Assembly: GCA_965248695.1 (NCBI GenBank)
Contig: CBDFKD010000002.1
Location: forward strand, 1,824,001 to 1,888,000
Direction of reading: 5' to 3'
Source of the DNA: Acidobacteriota bacterium
GTDB taxonomy: Bacteria; Acidobacteriota; UBA890; WLXD01
DNA length: 64,000 nt
Shown one piece after another: positions 1-9,815 of the stretch. The first letter of the stretch is position 1. Each line of letters opens with the position of its first letter. The position numbers and the translations under genes were made by a program. The notes beneath the pieces are model-generated. The model had not been told where the DNA came from and did no database searches. It worked only from the letters and a program-made list of their open reading frames with translations.

Positions 1-74
1 CCGGCGGCCGAGCGCGCCCGGGTAAGCTCACGCTGGGCCCACGCCGGGAACCAGAGGTTGGCGTTGCGCGGCAT
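1..74 (-). CDS. 5' end of the next EPS-locus gene, cut by the window edge
   Basis: ATG at 72-74 overlaps the TGA of the GT2 gene (TGATG). The frame is open to the edge (MPRNANLWFPAWAQ...). Confidence 0.5.
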   Translation of the reverse strand, partial: MPRNANLWFPAWAQRELTRARSAA

Positions 75-1243
75 CATCGCGAGGCCTTCTGCCAGACGGC
101 GGTCACGCCATCGCCGGTGAGGAAGCGACGAAGTCCTACCAGCGCGGCGATGTTCATCAAGCTGAAGTACATAGGTACGTATTGCCAGGTCGGCAGCCGG
201 CCCCGTCGACGGGACGTCCAGCCCAGCAGCGCAACACCGTAGAAGGCCACTTGGGCTGCCAGCAGCATCGCAGCAAGCGGCCGGTCAGCTAGCAGCAGCG
301 TGCAACCGAGCACCAGCAACAGCGCCAGCGGCACCAGCCAACGCAGCAGCTTGTGGGCGAGAAACGCAAGCGCGAAGGCGCTCGTCGGCGGCAGCAGCGT
401 CCGCCAGTGTCGCCGCACAGTTTGAAAGCCACCGGCAATCATCCGAACCTTGACGCGGTAGTCGTCTTCCAGCACCGACGAAGCGAGCTCAGTCGATACG
501 GCGGCAGGCTCATACACGATCCGATACCCCTGACCGACCAGGCCGAAGGTGATCTCGGCGTCGTCGTTGATCACCTCGGCCGCAATCGGGTCGAAGAGCG
601 CTCGACGGACCGCGAAGATCTCGCCGTCAGCGGTCGTCATCACGCCGAGCGCTCTCTCGGCAGTCTTGATCGCTGTCTCGTAGCGCCAGTAGAGGCCGTC
701 ACCCTGCGACGACTCACGCTCGTCAGCCGGACGGATACATTTGCGACCGCAGGCTCCCCCGACCACAGGGTCGGCGAAGTGACGCACGAGCGTGCGAACG
801 ACGGCGGGGTCGAAATCGTTGTTGGCGTCGGACAACAGCACGATATCGCCGCTGGCCGCGCCTACGCCGCGGTTCAGCGCCGCCGACTTCCCGCGTCGAG
901 GCGGCGAATGCATCGCCAGCACGCCGCGCGAAGCGTACGCCGATGCTATGGCGTGGGTCCGGTCATCCGATCCGTCAGAGACCACAATCACCTGCAGACG
1001 CTCACGCGGATAGTCGAGGGCCAGCGAGTTGGAGATCTTGCGATCGATGACCGCCTCCTCGTTGTAGGCGGCGATCACTAGCGACACGCTCGGCAGCTCG
1101 TCGACCGATTCCTTGCGCGGCACAGCATGCCGGCGATACAACCGCGCCAACGCGATCACCAGCATCGGATAGACGGCGAAATGGAAGACCACCAGTCCGA
1201 GGGCGACCGTCAGCAGCGACCAGACGACAGCGGTTGGCATCAC
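74..1243 (-). CDS. Family 2 glycosyltransferase (membrane-associated)
   Basis: VSLVIAAYNEE, SDGSDD, GKSAALN, DAN (DxD-like position), INDD motifs; N- and C-terminal TM segments. Confidence 0.92.
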   Translation of the reverse strand: MMPTAVVWSLLTVALGLVVFHFAVYPMLVIALARLYRRHAVPRKESVDELPSVSLVIAAYNEEAVIDRKISNSLALDYPRERLQVIVVSDGSDDRTHAIASAYASRGVLAMHSPPRRGKSAALNRGVGAASGDIVLLSDANNDFDPAVVRTLVRHFADPVVGGACGRKCIRPADERESSQGDGLYWRYETAIKTAERALGVMTTADGEIFAVRRALFDPIAAEVINDDAEITFGLVGQGYRIVYEPAAVSTELASSVLEDDYRVKVRMIAGGFQTVRRHWRTLLPPTSAFALAFLAHKLLRWLVPLALLLVLGCTLLLADRPLAAMLLAAQVAFYGVALLGWTSRRRGRLPTWQYVPMYFSLMNIAALVGLRRFLTGDGVTAVWQKASR

Positions 1244-2284
1244 TCAGGCCCTCGAAAAGAGCTGTGGCAGCGCCAGCATCGACGCAAAGCTCGTGATCGA
1301 TGTGTAGCGCTCGACGTGGAGACGCCGCAGATCGAAGTGCCGGACGCGCCGCAGGTCGTTGCGCCCCGGAAGATAGGAGGCCGCAAGCTGGAATCCGGCC
1401 GCCTGTGCGGCGCTGAGAGCACGAGCGTCGTAGTCGTCGGAGTAGCCGAATGGATACGACATCACCTGGACCGGACCGCCGGTCTCTTGCTCGAGCCGTT
1501 CCTTGGAGTCGACGAGCTCGCGTCGCAACGCATCATCGTCGCATTGCGACAGCACCGGATGGCTAACCGTGTGGGCACCGAACTCGATGCCGGCAGCCAG
1601 CATCTCGCGCAGCTGGTCCCAGCTCATTGGTTGACTCGAGGAACGATCGCCCGGCGCAATATCGAATTCGATCACGGTGGCCAGCTGCTCGAGTCTTCGC
1701 CGTCGTTGGACGTCAGGAATCCGGCAAAGATGGCGCACGACGATCCGCGTCGCCCGGCGCCGAGAAGCGACATCGCCGAGCTGCAGCCGAGGTCCGAGAC
1801 CTGGTACGGCAATATCGCCAGTCGGAGCACGCATGAGCGCGTGCGCGACGCGGTCGTACCAGAACGTTACTGTGCCGCCGATGTAGCCCGTGGAAACGAA
1901 GATCGTCGCGGGTATCCCCAACTCGCGCAGGATCGGAAAGGCGTTCGTGTAGTTGTCTTCGAACCCGTCGTCGAAGGTCACGACCAGCGGCCGTGGCGGC
2001 ATCGGCGCGCGCCCGTCCAGGGCGGCCAGCAGATCAGCGAAGGTGATCGGGTCGTAGTGAGCGTGGACGAATTCCATTTGAGCCCGGAATTGCGTCCGCG
2101 AGGCACTCACCAGCTCGGGATCGAACGCGAACTCGTCCTCGATGCCCATATCGACGACGCGATGGTAGGCGAGAATCGGCAGATCGTGCTGCCAGCGAGC
2201 ACGCATCGCCCCGAGTGGCCGCAGAACGGCAAGTCGATCCATGATCTCCGCAAGGCGCTCGCGCCTACCCGTCGGCGGCTTCAT
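1244..2284 (-). CDS. Polysaccharide deacetylase (NodB/CE4 family)
   Basis: ILAYHRV, VTFDDG, GAHTVSHP and SYPFG motifs. Confidence 0.92.
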   Translation of the reverse strand: MKPPTGRRERLAEIMDRLAVLRPLGAMRARWQHDLPILAYHRVVDMGIEDEFAFDPELVSASRTQFRAQMEFVHAHYDPITFADLLAALDGRAPMPPRPLVVTFDDGFEDNYTNAFPILRELGIPATIFVSTGYIGGTVTFWYDRVAHALMRAPTGDIAVPGLGPRLQLGDVASRRRATRIVVRHLCRIPDVQRRRRLEQLATVIEFDIAPGDRSSSQPMSWDQLREMLAAGIEFGAHTVSHPVLSQCDDDALRRELVDSKERLEQETGGPVQVMSYPFGYSDDYDARALSAAQAAGFQLAASYLPGRNDLRRVRHFDLRRLHVERYTSITSFASMLALPQLFSRA

Positions 2285-3810
2285 GCGCTGCTCTTGTGGG
2301 CCGGAGTGAGCGCGCCCGGCCGTCGCCAGCCGGCAAGGCGACCGGCGAGCCAGTCGACGACCACCTGCCGTTCGTCGTCCCCGAACGCTGCCGAGCAGAA
2401 GGTCGCAACCGCGAACGCGGCGAGCAACACCGCCTTGGCGGGAACGCCGACGAGCGGCTCAAGCAAGAGCAACGGAGCGCCCAGGAAGAAGAAGGCCAGC
2501 GCGATGAGCACGATCCGAGCCGCCTTGTCCAACTGGTAGTCGACCGCGAAGTAGCGCTGTGCCAGCCAAGCGGTCAGCAGCATGGTGACCGTGGACGTGA
2601 TCGCCATCGCCACCACCGCGCCCATGATCCCCCAGGCGAATATCAGGGCCAGGCTGCTGCCCACGTACAAGACCGCGTCACTCAGGTTTATCCAGAAGAT
2701 CTGGCGGGTTTGCTTCTGCACCAGGATTCCGGTCTGCAGCGGATACGTCATCACGCGCGCGATCGACGCCACGAGCAGCAGCGGCAGAAGCGAGGCGGCG
2801 CCGTGAAAAGCCACGTCGGACATCGCCGAGAGCACGTCGCCAGCGAACAGATAGATGGCAAGTGCCGCGAGGAGCGAAACCGCCAGCAGGATCCTCACCA
2901 CGCGGGCCTGGATCTCGGCGGCGTTGTCTTGGTGCATCACCGAGAAGCGAAACGACCCGTACGCCCGGCTGAATGGCTCTCCAATGAGCTCCTGCAGCAG
3001 ACGGCTGAACTTGGTGGCCAAGGCGAACAGACCGAGCGCTTCGAAGCTCAGCAGCGACCGGATGAAGATGCGATCGACGTTCGCTGCCACTATGCCCACC
3101 AGCATGCTTAGCAGGAACGGCAGGCTATAGTGCAACACTGGCAAGGCTTTTCGGCGATCGAACCGCAAGCCGCACTGGCGCACACAGAAGCCGGCAGCAA
3201 GCAGCCAGCCGCAGGCAACCGACAGTAGGTTCCCAGTCAGGACACCGTTGATCCCGGCCCCGGCAAAGACCACCAGGTAAACATTGACCCCCACCTGCAC
3301 GATCAAGCGGACGAAAACCACCACCAGGAAGTAGACCGACCTCTCCGTCGCCCGCAGGTATGCCTGGCCGATCTGAGTGGACAGCTCGAGGACCACCGTC
3401 GCCAGGATGATCGAGATTCCGAATGCGAAGTCGGGCGATCCGAAGAACAGCCTCGAGACGTCGTCGCGGAACCAGCCAATGACAAGCGCGCCGACGAGCG
3501 CCAGCGTCGTCGCTGCCACGAGGTTCGTGCTGACCACGGCACGGCGATCGACATCGTCCTCGTACTCGAAATAGAAGCGCAGCGTCGCGTGCGCGAGGCC
3601 GCCGCACAGCAACGTGGAAGCCACTGCCAGAACAGCGTAGAAGAGCTCCAGTCGACCGTACTGCCCCAGCGTCAGGTAGCTCGTGTAGATCGGGAGGAGC
3701 AGGAAGGCTCCGACCCGGTTCAACACACTGCCGAGAGCGTATATCGACGAATGCTTGGCCAGACGCCCGTAGTCGGACGGCCCCCTGCTGCTGTCGCTCG
3801 TCGACACCAA
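2281..3810 (-). CDS. wzx: Wzx-type oligosaccharide flippase
   Basis: Multi-TM protein with the LAKHSSIYALG...LLLPIYTSYL...YG pattern. Start placed at TTG 3810, just after the kinase stop; the ORF track starts it at 3873. Confidence 0.82.
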   Translation of the reverse strand: MVSTSDSSRGPSDYGRLAKHSSIYALGSVLNRVGAFLLLPIYTSYLTLGQYGRLELFYAVLAVASTLLCGGLAHATLRFYFEYEDDVDRRAVVSTNLVAATTLALVGALVIGWFRDDVSRLFFGSPDFAFGISIILATVVLELSTQIGQAYLRATERSVYFLVVVFVRLIVQVGVNVYLVVFAGAGINGVLTGNLLSVACGWLLAAGFCVRQCGLRFDRRKALPVLHYSLPFLLSMLVGIVAANVDRIFIRSLLSFEALGLFALATKFSRLLQELIGEPFSRAYGSFRFSVMHQDNAAEIQARVVRILLAVSLLAALAIYLFAGDVLSAMSDVAFHGAASLLPLLLVASIARVMTYPLQTGILVQKQTRQIFWINLSDAVLYVGSSLALIFAWGIMGAVVAMAITSTVTMLLTAWLAQRYFAVDYQLDKAARIVLIALAFFFLGAPLLLLEPLVGVPAKAVLLAAFAVATFCSAAFGDDERQVVVDWLAGRLAGWRRPGALTPAHKSSA

Positions 3811-3811
3811 C

Positions 3812-5146
3812 CTATCGTCGGGCGGCGCGTTGGTATTGAGAGTACGCACTGTCCACGCCCGCAGTCGCGGCATTGACCACCGCGCCGATCAGATTGTTGC
3901 CGGGAAGACACTCGATCGCCTTGTTCAGCGACGGCAGACGAGTCTCGCCAGCACGGACCACCATCAAGACGCCGTCAGCGGCGGCGGCAAACGACCGCGA
4001 GTCGACCAGACCACTGAGCGGGGGGCTATCGAAGATCACGATGTCGAACGCCGACCGCATACTGTCGAGGGCCTGCCGCACACGATCCGGGTTCACCAGA
4101 TGACGTGGATTGCCCGGGCGGCCGGCCGACATGACATGCAGGCCTACCTCGGAGACGAAGGCACTGCTTTCTTCGAGCCGGGCACGACCCGACAGCACAT
4201 CCGCCAACCCTGGGCTACGTGGAATCTCGAACAGCGTATGGAACTGCGGACGCCGCAAGTCGCCGTCGACAACCAGCACCCTGTCACCGGTACTCGCTGC
4301 CCACAGAAGGGCCAGGTTAGCCGAGACGAAAGTCTTGCCCGCCGACACCTCTGACCCAGTCACCACCACGGATCTCGAGCCCTCGACGCGCTCGCGTAGC
4401 CAGTCGTCGACGCGCTGACGCAGAACCCGGAACCACTCGGCATGGACACTGTGCGGATCGCTCAGCACCGGCAGGAGCTTCGGCGTATCGAGCGTCAGCG
4501 CGCTCATCGCCTCGCGAAACGGGTCACGGTCGCGCGGTCGCGGCGTTGGATTCACTCTTCCGCCGGCGACACAGGATGGGTGCGCGCCGGTGGCTGACAG
4601 CGACTCCGACGCGGGCTGATCACTCGAGTCCAGAAGGCTCGCCAGTGACGGCACCGCCTCGTCGTCCGGCGCCGCGTGCACTGGCGACGCATCCACACCA
4701 CGGTGACCCGTATCGGTCCAGAAAGCATCCGCAGCGACCGACTCGACGGCGGTGGGCTCCACAGCGACCGGCTCAACAGCAACCGGCTCAACAACGACCG
4801 GATCAAACGCAACGGGATCGGCCGGGGCCGGTTCGACTGGTGCGGAATCGACTGGAATGTGTTCTACCGTGCCCGGCTCGGCTGCCTTTGCGCCTGCCGC
4901 CGAAGGCTCGGCGCGTAGCGACTTGGAGCGCCGGACGCGCAGGCGCAAACGTGACGCCTCGACGTGCGCCGACGTGTCGAGGAAACCCTCCCGGCCGATG
5001 AGCACGATCTGCAGCATGGGCTCCATGCCGGCAGCCTCGTCAAGCATCTCGAAGACCTCGGCTGGGACGCGGTCGGCCTCGTCCACTGCAAGCACGGTCC
5101 AAATGCCCCCTTGGGCGCGCTCGCGTAGGCAGTCGCCCAAGCTCAT
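3812..5146 (-). CDS. CpsD/CapB-type tyrosine autokinase domain preceded by the C-terminal part of an ExeA-like AAA domain
   Basis: EWFRVLR, VTGSEVSAGKT, LVVDGDLRRP, IFDSPP and Tyr-containing tail SAYSQY. The N-terminal part has VLAVDEAD and LQIVLIG. Confidence 0.85.
   Translation of the reverse strand: MSLGDCLRERAQGGIWTVLAVDEADRVPAEVFEMLDEAAGMEPMLQIVLIGREGFLDTSAHVEASRLRLRVRRSKSLRAEPSAAGAKAAEPGTVEHIPVDSAPVEPAPADPVAFDPVVVEPVAVEPVAVEPTAVESVAADAFWTDTGHRGVDASPVHAAPDDEAVPSLASLLDSSDQPASESLSATGAHPSCVAGGRVNPTPRPRDRDPFREAMSALTLDTPKLLPVLSDPHSVHAEWFRVLRQRVDDWLRERVEGSRSVVVTGSEVSAGKTFVSANLALLWAASTGDRVLVVDGDLRRPQFHTLFEIPRSPGLADVLSGRARLEESSAFVSEVGLHVMSAGRPGNPRHLVNPDRVRQALDSMRSAFDIVIFDSPPLSGLVDSRSFAAAADGVLMVVRAGETRLPSLNKAIECLPGNNLIGAVVNAATAGVDSAYSQYQRAARR
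4730..4860 (-). repeat. 15-nt coding tandem repeat (pentapeptide [VA]-[VA]-x-[ED]-P linker)
   Basis: Translates as PVEPAPADPVAFDPVVVEPVAVEPVAVEPTAVESV. Confidence 0.7.
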
Positions 5147-5436
5147 GCGGCCCTCGCGCGTACCAGCGGCCGCCGTCTCGAGCAGCGTCGTCCAGACAGC
5201 GAGGCGCGTTGTGGCGCACGCACACGAGTCCAGCGGAACCCGGCGGGCAGCCGTCGTCCAATGGCGTCTAGCAACGGTGCCGAGCCTAGGCCGTCCTCCA
5301 CCTCCACCAGGAACATGCCCTCGCGGTCCGTCAACGAGGCCACCACTTCATCGGCAACGTTGCGCACGTTGTCGGGCTCCGCAGCGGCACCGGTGGGTAC
5401 CTGATACGGCAGCGAGCTCGTAGATCGAGCGTCCAA
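5143..5436 (-). CDS. N-terminal piece of a degenerate ExeA-like AAA domain; either frameshifted from, or translationally coupled to, the kinase gene
   Basis: GGAGG RBS then TTG at 5436. GMFLVEVEDGLGSAPLL resembles a decayed Walker A. The ORF ends with an ATGA overlap on the kinase start. Confidence 0.55.
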   Translation of the reverse strand: MDARSTSSLPYQVPTGAAAEPDNVRNVADEVVASLTDREGMFLVEVEDGLGSAPLLDAIGRRLPAGFRWTRVRAPQRASLSGRRCSRRRPLVRARAA

Positions 5437-5447
5437 AGCCAATCCTC

Positions 5448-7028
5448 CTAGGAACGCATCAGCAGGCGCAGGATGAAGACGACCGTGAGCACGCTGCCGA
5501 CCGTCGACACTGAGACCAGCTGCCACACGCGGCGTCGTCGAACGAGTTGGTCGGTCTCGACCACGGGAATGCTTGCCAGCACGTCGATCGACGCGTAGCG
5601 CTCGACTTCGGAGGCCGAGTTGAGCGGCTCGCGCAGCATCTCGCGCAGCACGACCGAAACACAGGTCAACGCCAGGCCGACAACGATGCCACCCAGCAGG
5701 TAGAGGATCCGGCTCGGGGATCCGGGGACCTCGGGCACCGCTGCCGGATCGACGATTCGAAAACTGGCGAAGGGGCTGCCGATTCGCTGCAGATTGCCCG
5801 CCAGCTCCGCCTCGACGGTGCGTCCCGACAGATCCTGGTACGTCTGCGAAAGGCTGTCATGATCGCGATCTAGCTCCCGCAGCCTCTCTTCGACCGCGGG
5901 TGAATCCACGATGCGCTGCTCGTACTCGGCAATCTGTCTGCGCAGCCCAGCGCGCGTCGTCTCGAGACCGCTGACCAGCTGTCGCGCCACCGAGATCGCG
6001 GGATGCGGCTCCACTCCGACGCCTTGTTCCGTCGTCGACGTCCACGCCGCCGAATAGGCGGGCCCTGCAGCAGCGGCGCGCTCGGCGCGCTCGATCTCTG
6101 CATCAAGCGCCGCCACGTCGGGATGACGAGCGGTGAATCGCTGCAGCAGTGAGCCTCGTCGAAGCCTCAGCGCCTCCAAGCGTACGAGCGGTTGCTCGCT
6201 CGCGAGCCGGGCGTCGAGCCCGACAGCGGAAGTTGACGCGACGATCTGACGTGCCCGGTCCAGCGCCGTCAGGCTGGCCGCCTGGCCGGGTGCGAGCCCC
6301 ACCAGCGCCTCCTCCTGCCGCTGCTGGGCGCGCGCCACGGTCAGCCGTCCGGAGTTATCACGCAGTTGCTGGTTCAGCCCTGCCAGCGTGCTGATGTTGC
6401 TCGCCAGTTGCTCCGGTAGCCTGCCGATGTTCGCTGCTTTGAAATCACGGATCGCACTCTCCTTGCTCTGCAGCTGCAGCCGGACATTGTCGAATTGATC
6501 CTGGATCTCGCTCGAGGTGTTCTGAACCTGGCGCTCTACCGTCCCGGTGCTGTCGGCCATGAAGAATCCCGCCAGCGCGTTGGCAACGGTGGCGGCCATC
6601 TTCGGGTCTTCGTGCGTGTACGAGAGGCGAAAAGCCTCCGTGCCGATGACTTCGACGCCGATGCGGCCGCGAACGCTAGCCAACCTGGTTTCCCAGGGCG
6701 TGGCATCGCCCGGCGTGCTGTACAGATCAAACTCGTCGATGAGCCTTTCGATTCGAGTTCGGCTGAGCGTTTGCTCGCTGAGCGTCCTTAGCTGGGCGCG
6801 AAAGTTTACTGTCGACGTCGAAGCGACGTAGTTGACTGGCAGGTCGAATTCCTCGACCAGCACCAGCGTCGATGCGGTGTAGCGGTCGGGGATGAACAAC
6901 GAGTGGCCGTACGCCAGCGCTCCGACCACCAGTGCGCAGGCCACAGCCATGAACCGGCAACGCCACAGAACCTGAAACAGATCCGCCGGCTGGAGGTCCT
7001 CAGCACGTAGCACGGGCGCTCCTGGCAA
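5448..7028 (-). CDS. Polysaccharide co-polymerase / chain-length determinant (GumC/Wzc membrane part)
   Basis: N-terminal TM, YTASTLVLV, coiled coils, FTARHPDV, FRIVDPAAVP..P.SP, C-terminal TMs. Confidence 0.9.
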   Translation of the reverse strand: MPGAPVLRAEDLQPADLFQVLWRCRFMAVACALVVGALAYGHSLFIPDRYTASTLVLVEEFDLPVNYVASTSTVNFRAQLRTLSEQTLSRTRIERLIDEFDLYSTPGDATPWETRLASVRGRIGVEVIGTEAFRLSYTHEDPKMAATVANALAGFFMADSTGTVERQVQNTSSEIQDQFDNVRLQLQSKESAIRDFKAANIGRLPEQLASNISTLAGLNQQLRDNSGRLTVARAQQRQEEALVGLAPGQAASLTALDRARQIVASTSAVGLDARLASEQPLVRLEALRLRRGSLLQRFTARHPDVAALDAEIERAERAAAAGPAYSAAWTSTTEQGVGVEPHPAISVARQLVSGLETTRAGLRRQIAEYEQRIVDSPAVEERLRELDRDHDSLSQTYQDLSGRTVEAELAGNLQRIGSPFASFRIVDPAAVPEVPGSPSRILYLLGGIVVGLALTCVSVVLREMLREPLNSASEVERYASIDVLASIPVVETDQLVRRRRVWQLVSVSTVGSVLTVVFILRLLMRS

Positions 7029-8346
7029 TGCTGAGAGGATTGAAGCCTGGCGCGCTCGACGATCCGATCGGGGCCGGGTTCAGCTGTAGGCGGACGCCAA
7101 CCGCGATGCGATAGGTGTCTACCCCCTGGCCCTGCAGATCTGCTCCGCCAATCTGGTGCGCCTGAAGCGCCATGCCAACTACCGAGATTCCGTTCGCCAC
7201 GCGCACCCCGCCTCCGACGCGTGTCGTCCATGTATCGATGGCGTCCGGGGAGGAGAATCCAGGCGATGCACCGGCAGAACTGAGCGGGTGGTTGCGGGCG
7301 AAGCCGAAGTGTCCAATCAGGCTCCATCGCTGTGTTTGCGTGCCAATGCTGCCGGTAGCGCGGTCGCGGATCGTGGGGCGGCCGATTCCGGTAGTGAACC
7401 CGACGTCGCGTTCTGCCAGCAACCCGAGCGCTACACGATCCACGGCGTGGCTCAGCCGAGCACTGGCGATGTAGCCCGGCGAGCCGACAGCGTCGCCGAA
7501 CCCGGGAGCGTCGATATCCTGCAGCTCCTACAGCCACAGCACCCCGCCACGAATACGGAGCCGGGTTTGCAGCCCCACGCGATAGTCGACGCCGGCGCTG
7601 GCCGATGCGGTGCGTGCTTTCGATCCGTTGTCGAATCGACCCAGGCTGGCGCTCACACCGGCGGACAGCGAAACGCGCTCGGTCACTCCGCGGCCGTAGT
7701 CAACCGACACCGAATAGTCGTCGCTGCCGGTGAGGGAGGCCTCGGTCGGCTCCTCATCCGGGAATCGCACCCGTCGGTATCGGGCCGTCAACGAGACACT
7801 GTCGCGCGGCGTCAGCTGGTGCTGAAGCGCCGCATCGACGTCAGCGCGGGCCTGTCGTGATCGCGGCACGACGATCTCGGTGGCGTCGAGCCCACGGAGC
7901 TCATTCGAGACGTACGCATCACCGTTCAGGAGGAACCGCGTCCGCGGCGATAGCTCACCGACGATTGACACGCGCCCCGACTGCTCGAAGTTGCTCGCGA
8001 TCTGGCTATCGTTGTAGCGCTGATAGCCGGGGCTATAGCTGAGGTCGGCGCTCCATCTCGGGCCCCGGAACTGGAACGGCAAGTCAGCGCTCACCGCCAG
8101 CACCCCGGACTCGCGGGGGTCGCCGGCCAGTCTCAAGGGGTTGCTCGTGAGGCTGCCGAGAATCGTCAGCGCTGGCGCGAAGGTAGAGCGGTTGTCGACC
8201 TGAAGCGTACCCGCCTGTGGGCTCGATGTGGACTGCGCCAACGCGAAGCCGGACGGGCTCACCGCTGTGGCCACGGCCACGAGCGCTGCGACCAGCCACG
8301 CGAAGCTCACGCTCCGGCGCGTCGACAACGCTTCATTAGGGCACAT
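7000..8346 (-). pseudogene. Outer-membrane beta-barrel protein of the EPS export system, interrupted by an in-frame TAG at 7528-7530
   Basis: Signal peptide and alternating beta-strand pattern. ORFs 7528..8391 and 7000..7443 are in the same frame and separated only by one TAG. Confidence 0.7.
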
Positions 8347-9559
8347 AGATGACGTCTCCCGCTTGCAGCACGAGCTCGCCCGTATCGGCACGACCCTTCA
8401 TCACATCGCCGTAGCGGTAGGGAATGCGCACCCGCTGATTGCCGACAGTGCGCAGGATCGTTACGCCGTTCTGGTTGGCGAACTCGGTGGGGCCACCTGC
8501 CATCGAGATCGCCTGCAACACGTTGATGTTGCGATCGAGCGTGACCGGGCCCGGCTGGCCAACACGGCCGAGGACGTACACGACCAGGCTCTTGATGTCG
8601 GTGACGGAGACCGTCACGGTAGGCATCTGGACGAAATCGAGCAGCAGGCTGGTGATCTCGGATTCCAGCTGGGCCGCGGTCTTTCCGGCAGCCTTCAGCT
8701 CGCCCACGAGGGGCAACGAGATGTAGCCATCGGGACGCACTGGGACCCGCCGGCTCAGTTCCTCGTTGCGCCAAACGAACACGTCGACCTGATCGCCCGG
8801 GCCGAGCCGGTAGTCACCGCTCGCGAACGATCTCGGCCGCGTCGATTGCCTGTCGAACGAAGCCCCGAGCCCGGCGAAGTCGTCTGTCGGCGCGTAGGCT
8901 AGCATCGCAGGCGCCGCAGGCGTCCGACGAAGTGCGCTGGCAGACATCGGTGCCGGAATCGGCGCAGACTGCCCATGGCTCTGCATCGCCCCGTTCATCG
9001 AGGCCTGGCGTGGAAGCCGGCGTTGCACGACCGGCGACACAGGCGGCAGATCGACGACCGTGGGCCCGCCCGCCTGAGCGGCACTATTGCTCGACAGGTA
9101 GGCGCGTACGCCAGCAAGCTCGGCGACATCCGTGGAACGCTGGCCCAGCACAGGCGCCTGATCCGGCGACGCAGGCCACAGACTGTTTTGCTGCGGCAGC
9201 CACGCGACGCCGTCGTCCGCCATCCAGCTCGAATCACCGCCGACGTAGGGACCCGCGAGCACATCGCTCGGGACGACACCGGTCGAACGTCCGGGAAGGC
9301 TCATTACCAACGCTGATCCGGGCGTGTTGGTGATGAAGACGCGATCTTCGCCGGCCGCTGTCGAGACACTCATGGGAGCATCCGCCACACGGACGGGAAT
9401 CGAGCTATTCGTCGAAGCCACGACACGCACCGGGATTCGCGGCTGCGAGCCCACTCGCGGACGGGCGGCCTGCTGGGCGGTGGTCGCTCCCGGCACCAAG
9501 AGTAGGCCGATAAGTCCCAGCGCCGCGACAGCGCGTCCAGCTCGACGTTCGACGTGCAT
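8336..9559 (-). CDS. wza: OPX (Wza-family) polysaccharide export protein with a long low-complexity N-terminal extension
   Basis: DYRLGPGD, VRPDGYISLPLVG, SLBB motif VYVLGRVGQPG, ends LQAGDVIYVP. Start at ATG 9559 with a GGAGAG RBS and signal peptide, downstream of a sigma54 promoter. Confidence 0.85.
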   Translation of the reverse strand: MHVERRAGRAVAALGLIGLLLVPGATTAQQAARPRVGSQPRIPVRVVASTNSSIPVRVADAPMSVSTAAGEDRVFITNTPGSALVMSLPGRSTGVVPSDVLAGPYVGGDSSWMADDGVAWLPQQNSLWPASPDQAPVLGQRSTDVAELAGVRAYLSSNSAAQAGGPTVVDLPPVSPVVQRRLPRQASMNGAMQSHGQSAPIPAPMSASALRRTPAAPAMLAYAPTDDFAGLGASFDRQSTRPRSFASGDYRLGPGDQVDVFVWRNEELSRRVPVRPDGYISLPLVGELKAAGKTAAQLESEITSLLLDFVQMPTVTVSVTDIKSLVVYVLGRVGQPGPVTLDRNINVLQAISMAGGPTEFANQNGVTILRTVGNQRVRIPYRYGDVMKGRADTGELVLQAGDVIYVP

Positions 9560-9627
9560 CGATCTCTCCGCGGACGCGCCTGTCGGCAGCGCCCCGTTTG
9601 GACTCTGGTTCAAGCAGACATCCTCTG

Positions 9628-9643
9628 TGCAATCGCCGTGCCA
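9628..9643 (-). promoter_or_regulatory. Sigma54 (-24/-12) promoter of the EPS export operon
   Basis: TGGCAC-GGCGA-TTGCA, an exact match to TGGCAC-N5-TTGCW. Confidence 0.88.
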
Positions 9644-9778
9644 CCTCGAACGGCGGATCGTGCTCTGACGAGAGTCGGCGAACGCCGCGTATGTCGCTTT
9701 GTTCATTGAACTTCCGATGTGTCGGTGGCGACGCCCGGCGATCCGGCCGAAGGCTGGACACTGGAGGCTCCGCGCCGG

Positions 9779-9814
9779 GGAAAAAGGCTTCCGAGCGATG
9801 GGAAAAGAATTTCC
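9779..9814. promoter_or_regulatory. Tandem palindromic upstream activator sites
   Basis: GGAAA-AAGG-CTTCC (9779) and GGAAA-AGAA-TTTCC (9801), 22 bp apart, about 135-170 bp upstream of the -24 element. Confidence 0.65.
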
Positions 9815-9815
9815 A

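Noticed and set aside
7528-7530. Pyrrolysine or genome-wide TAG reassignment
   Set aside because: TAG terminates purH, ruvB, yebC and purL at their expected ends, and no pyl genes are in the window.
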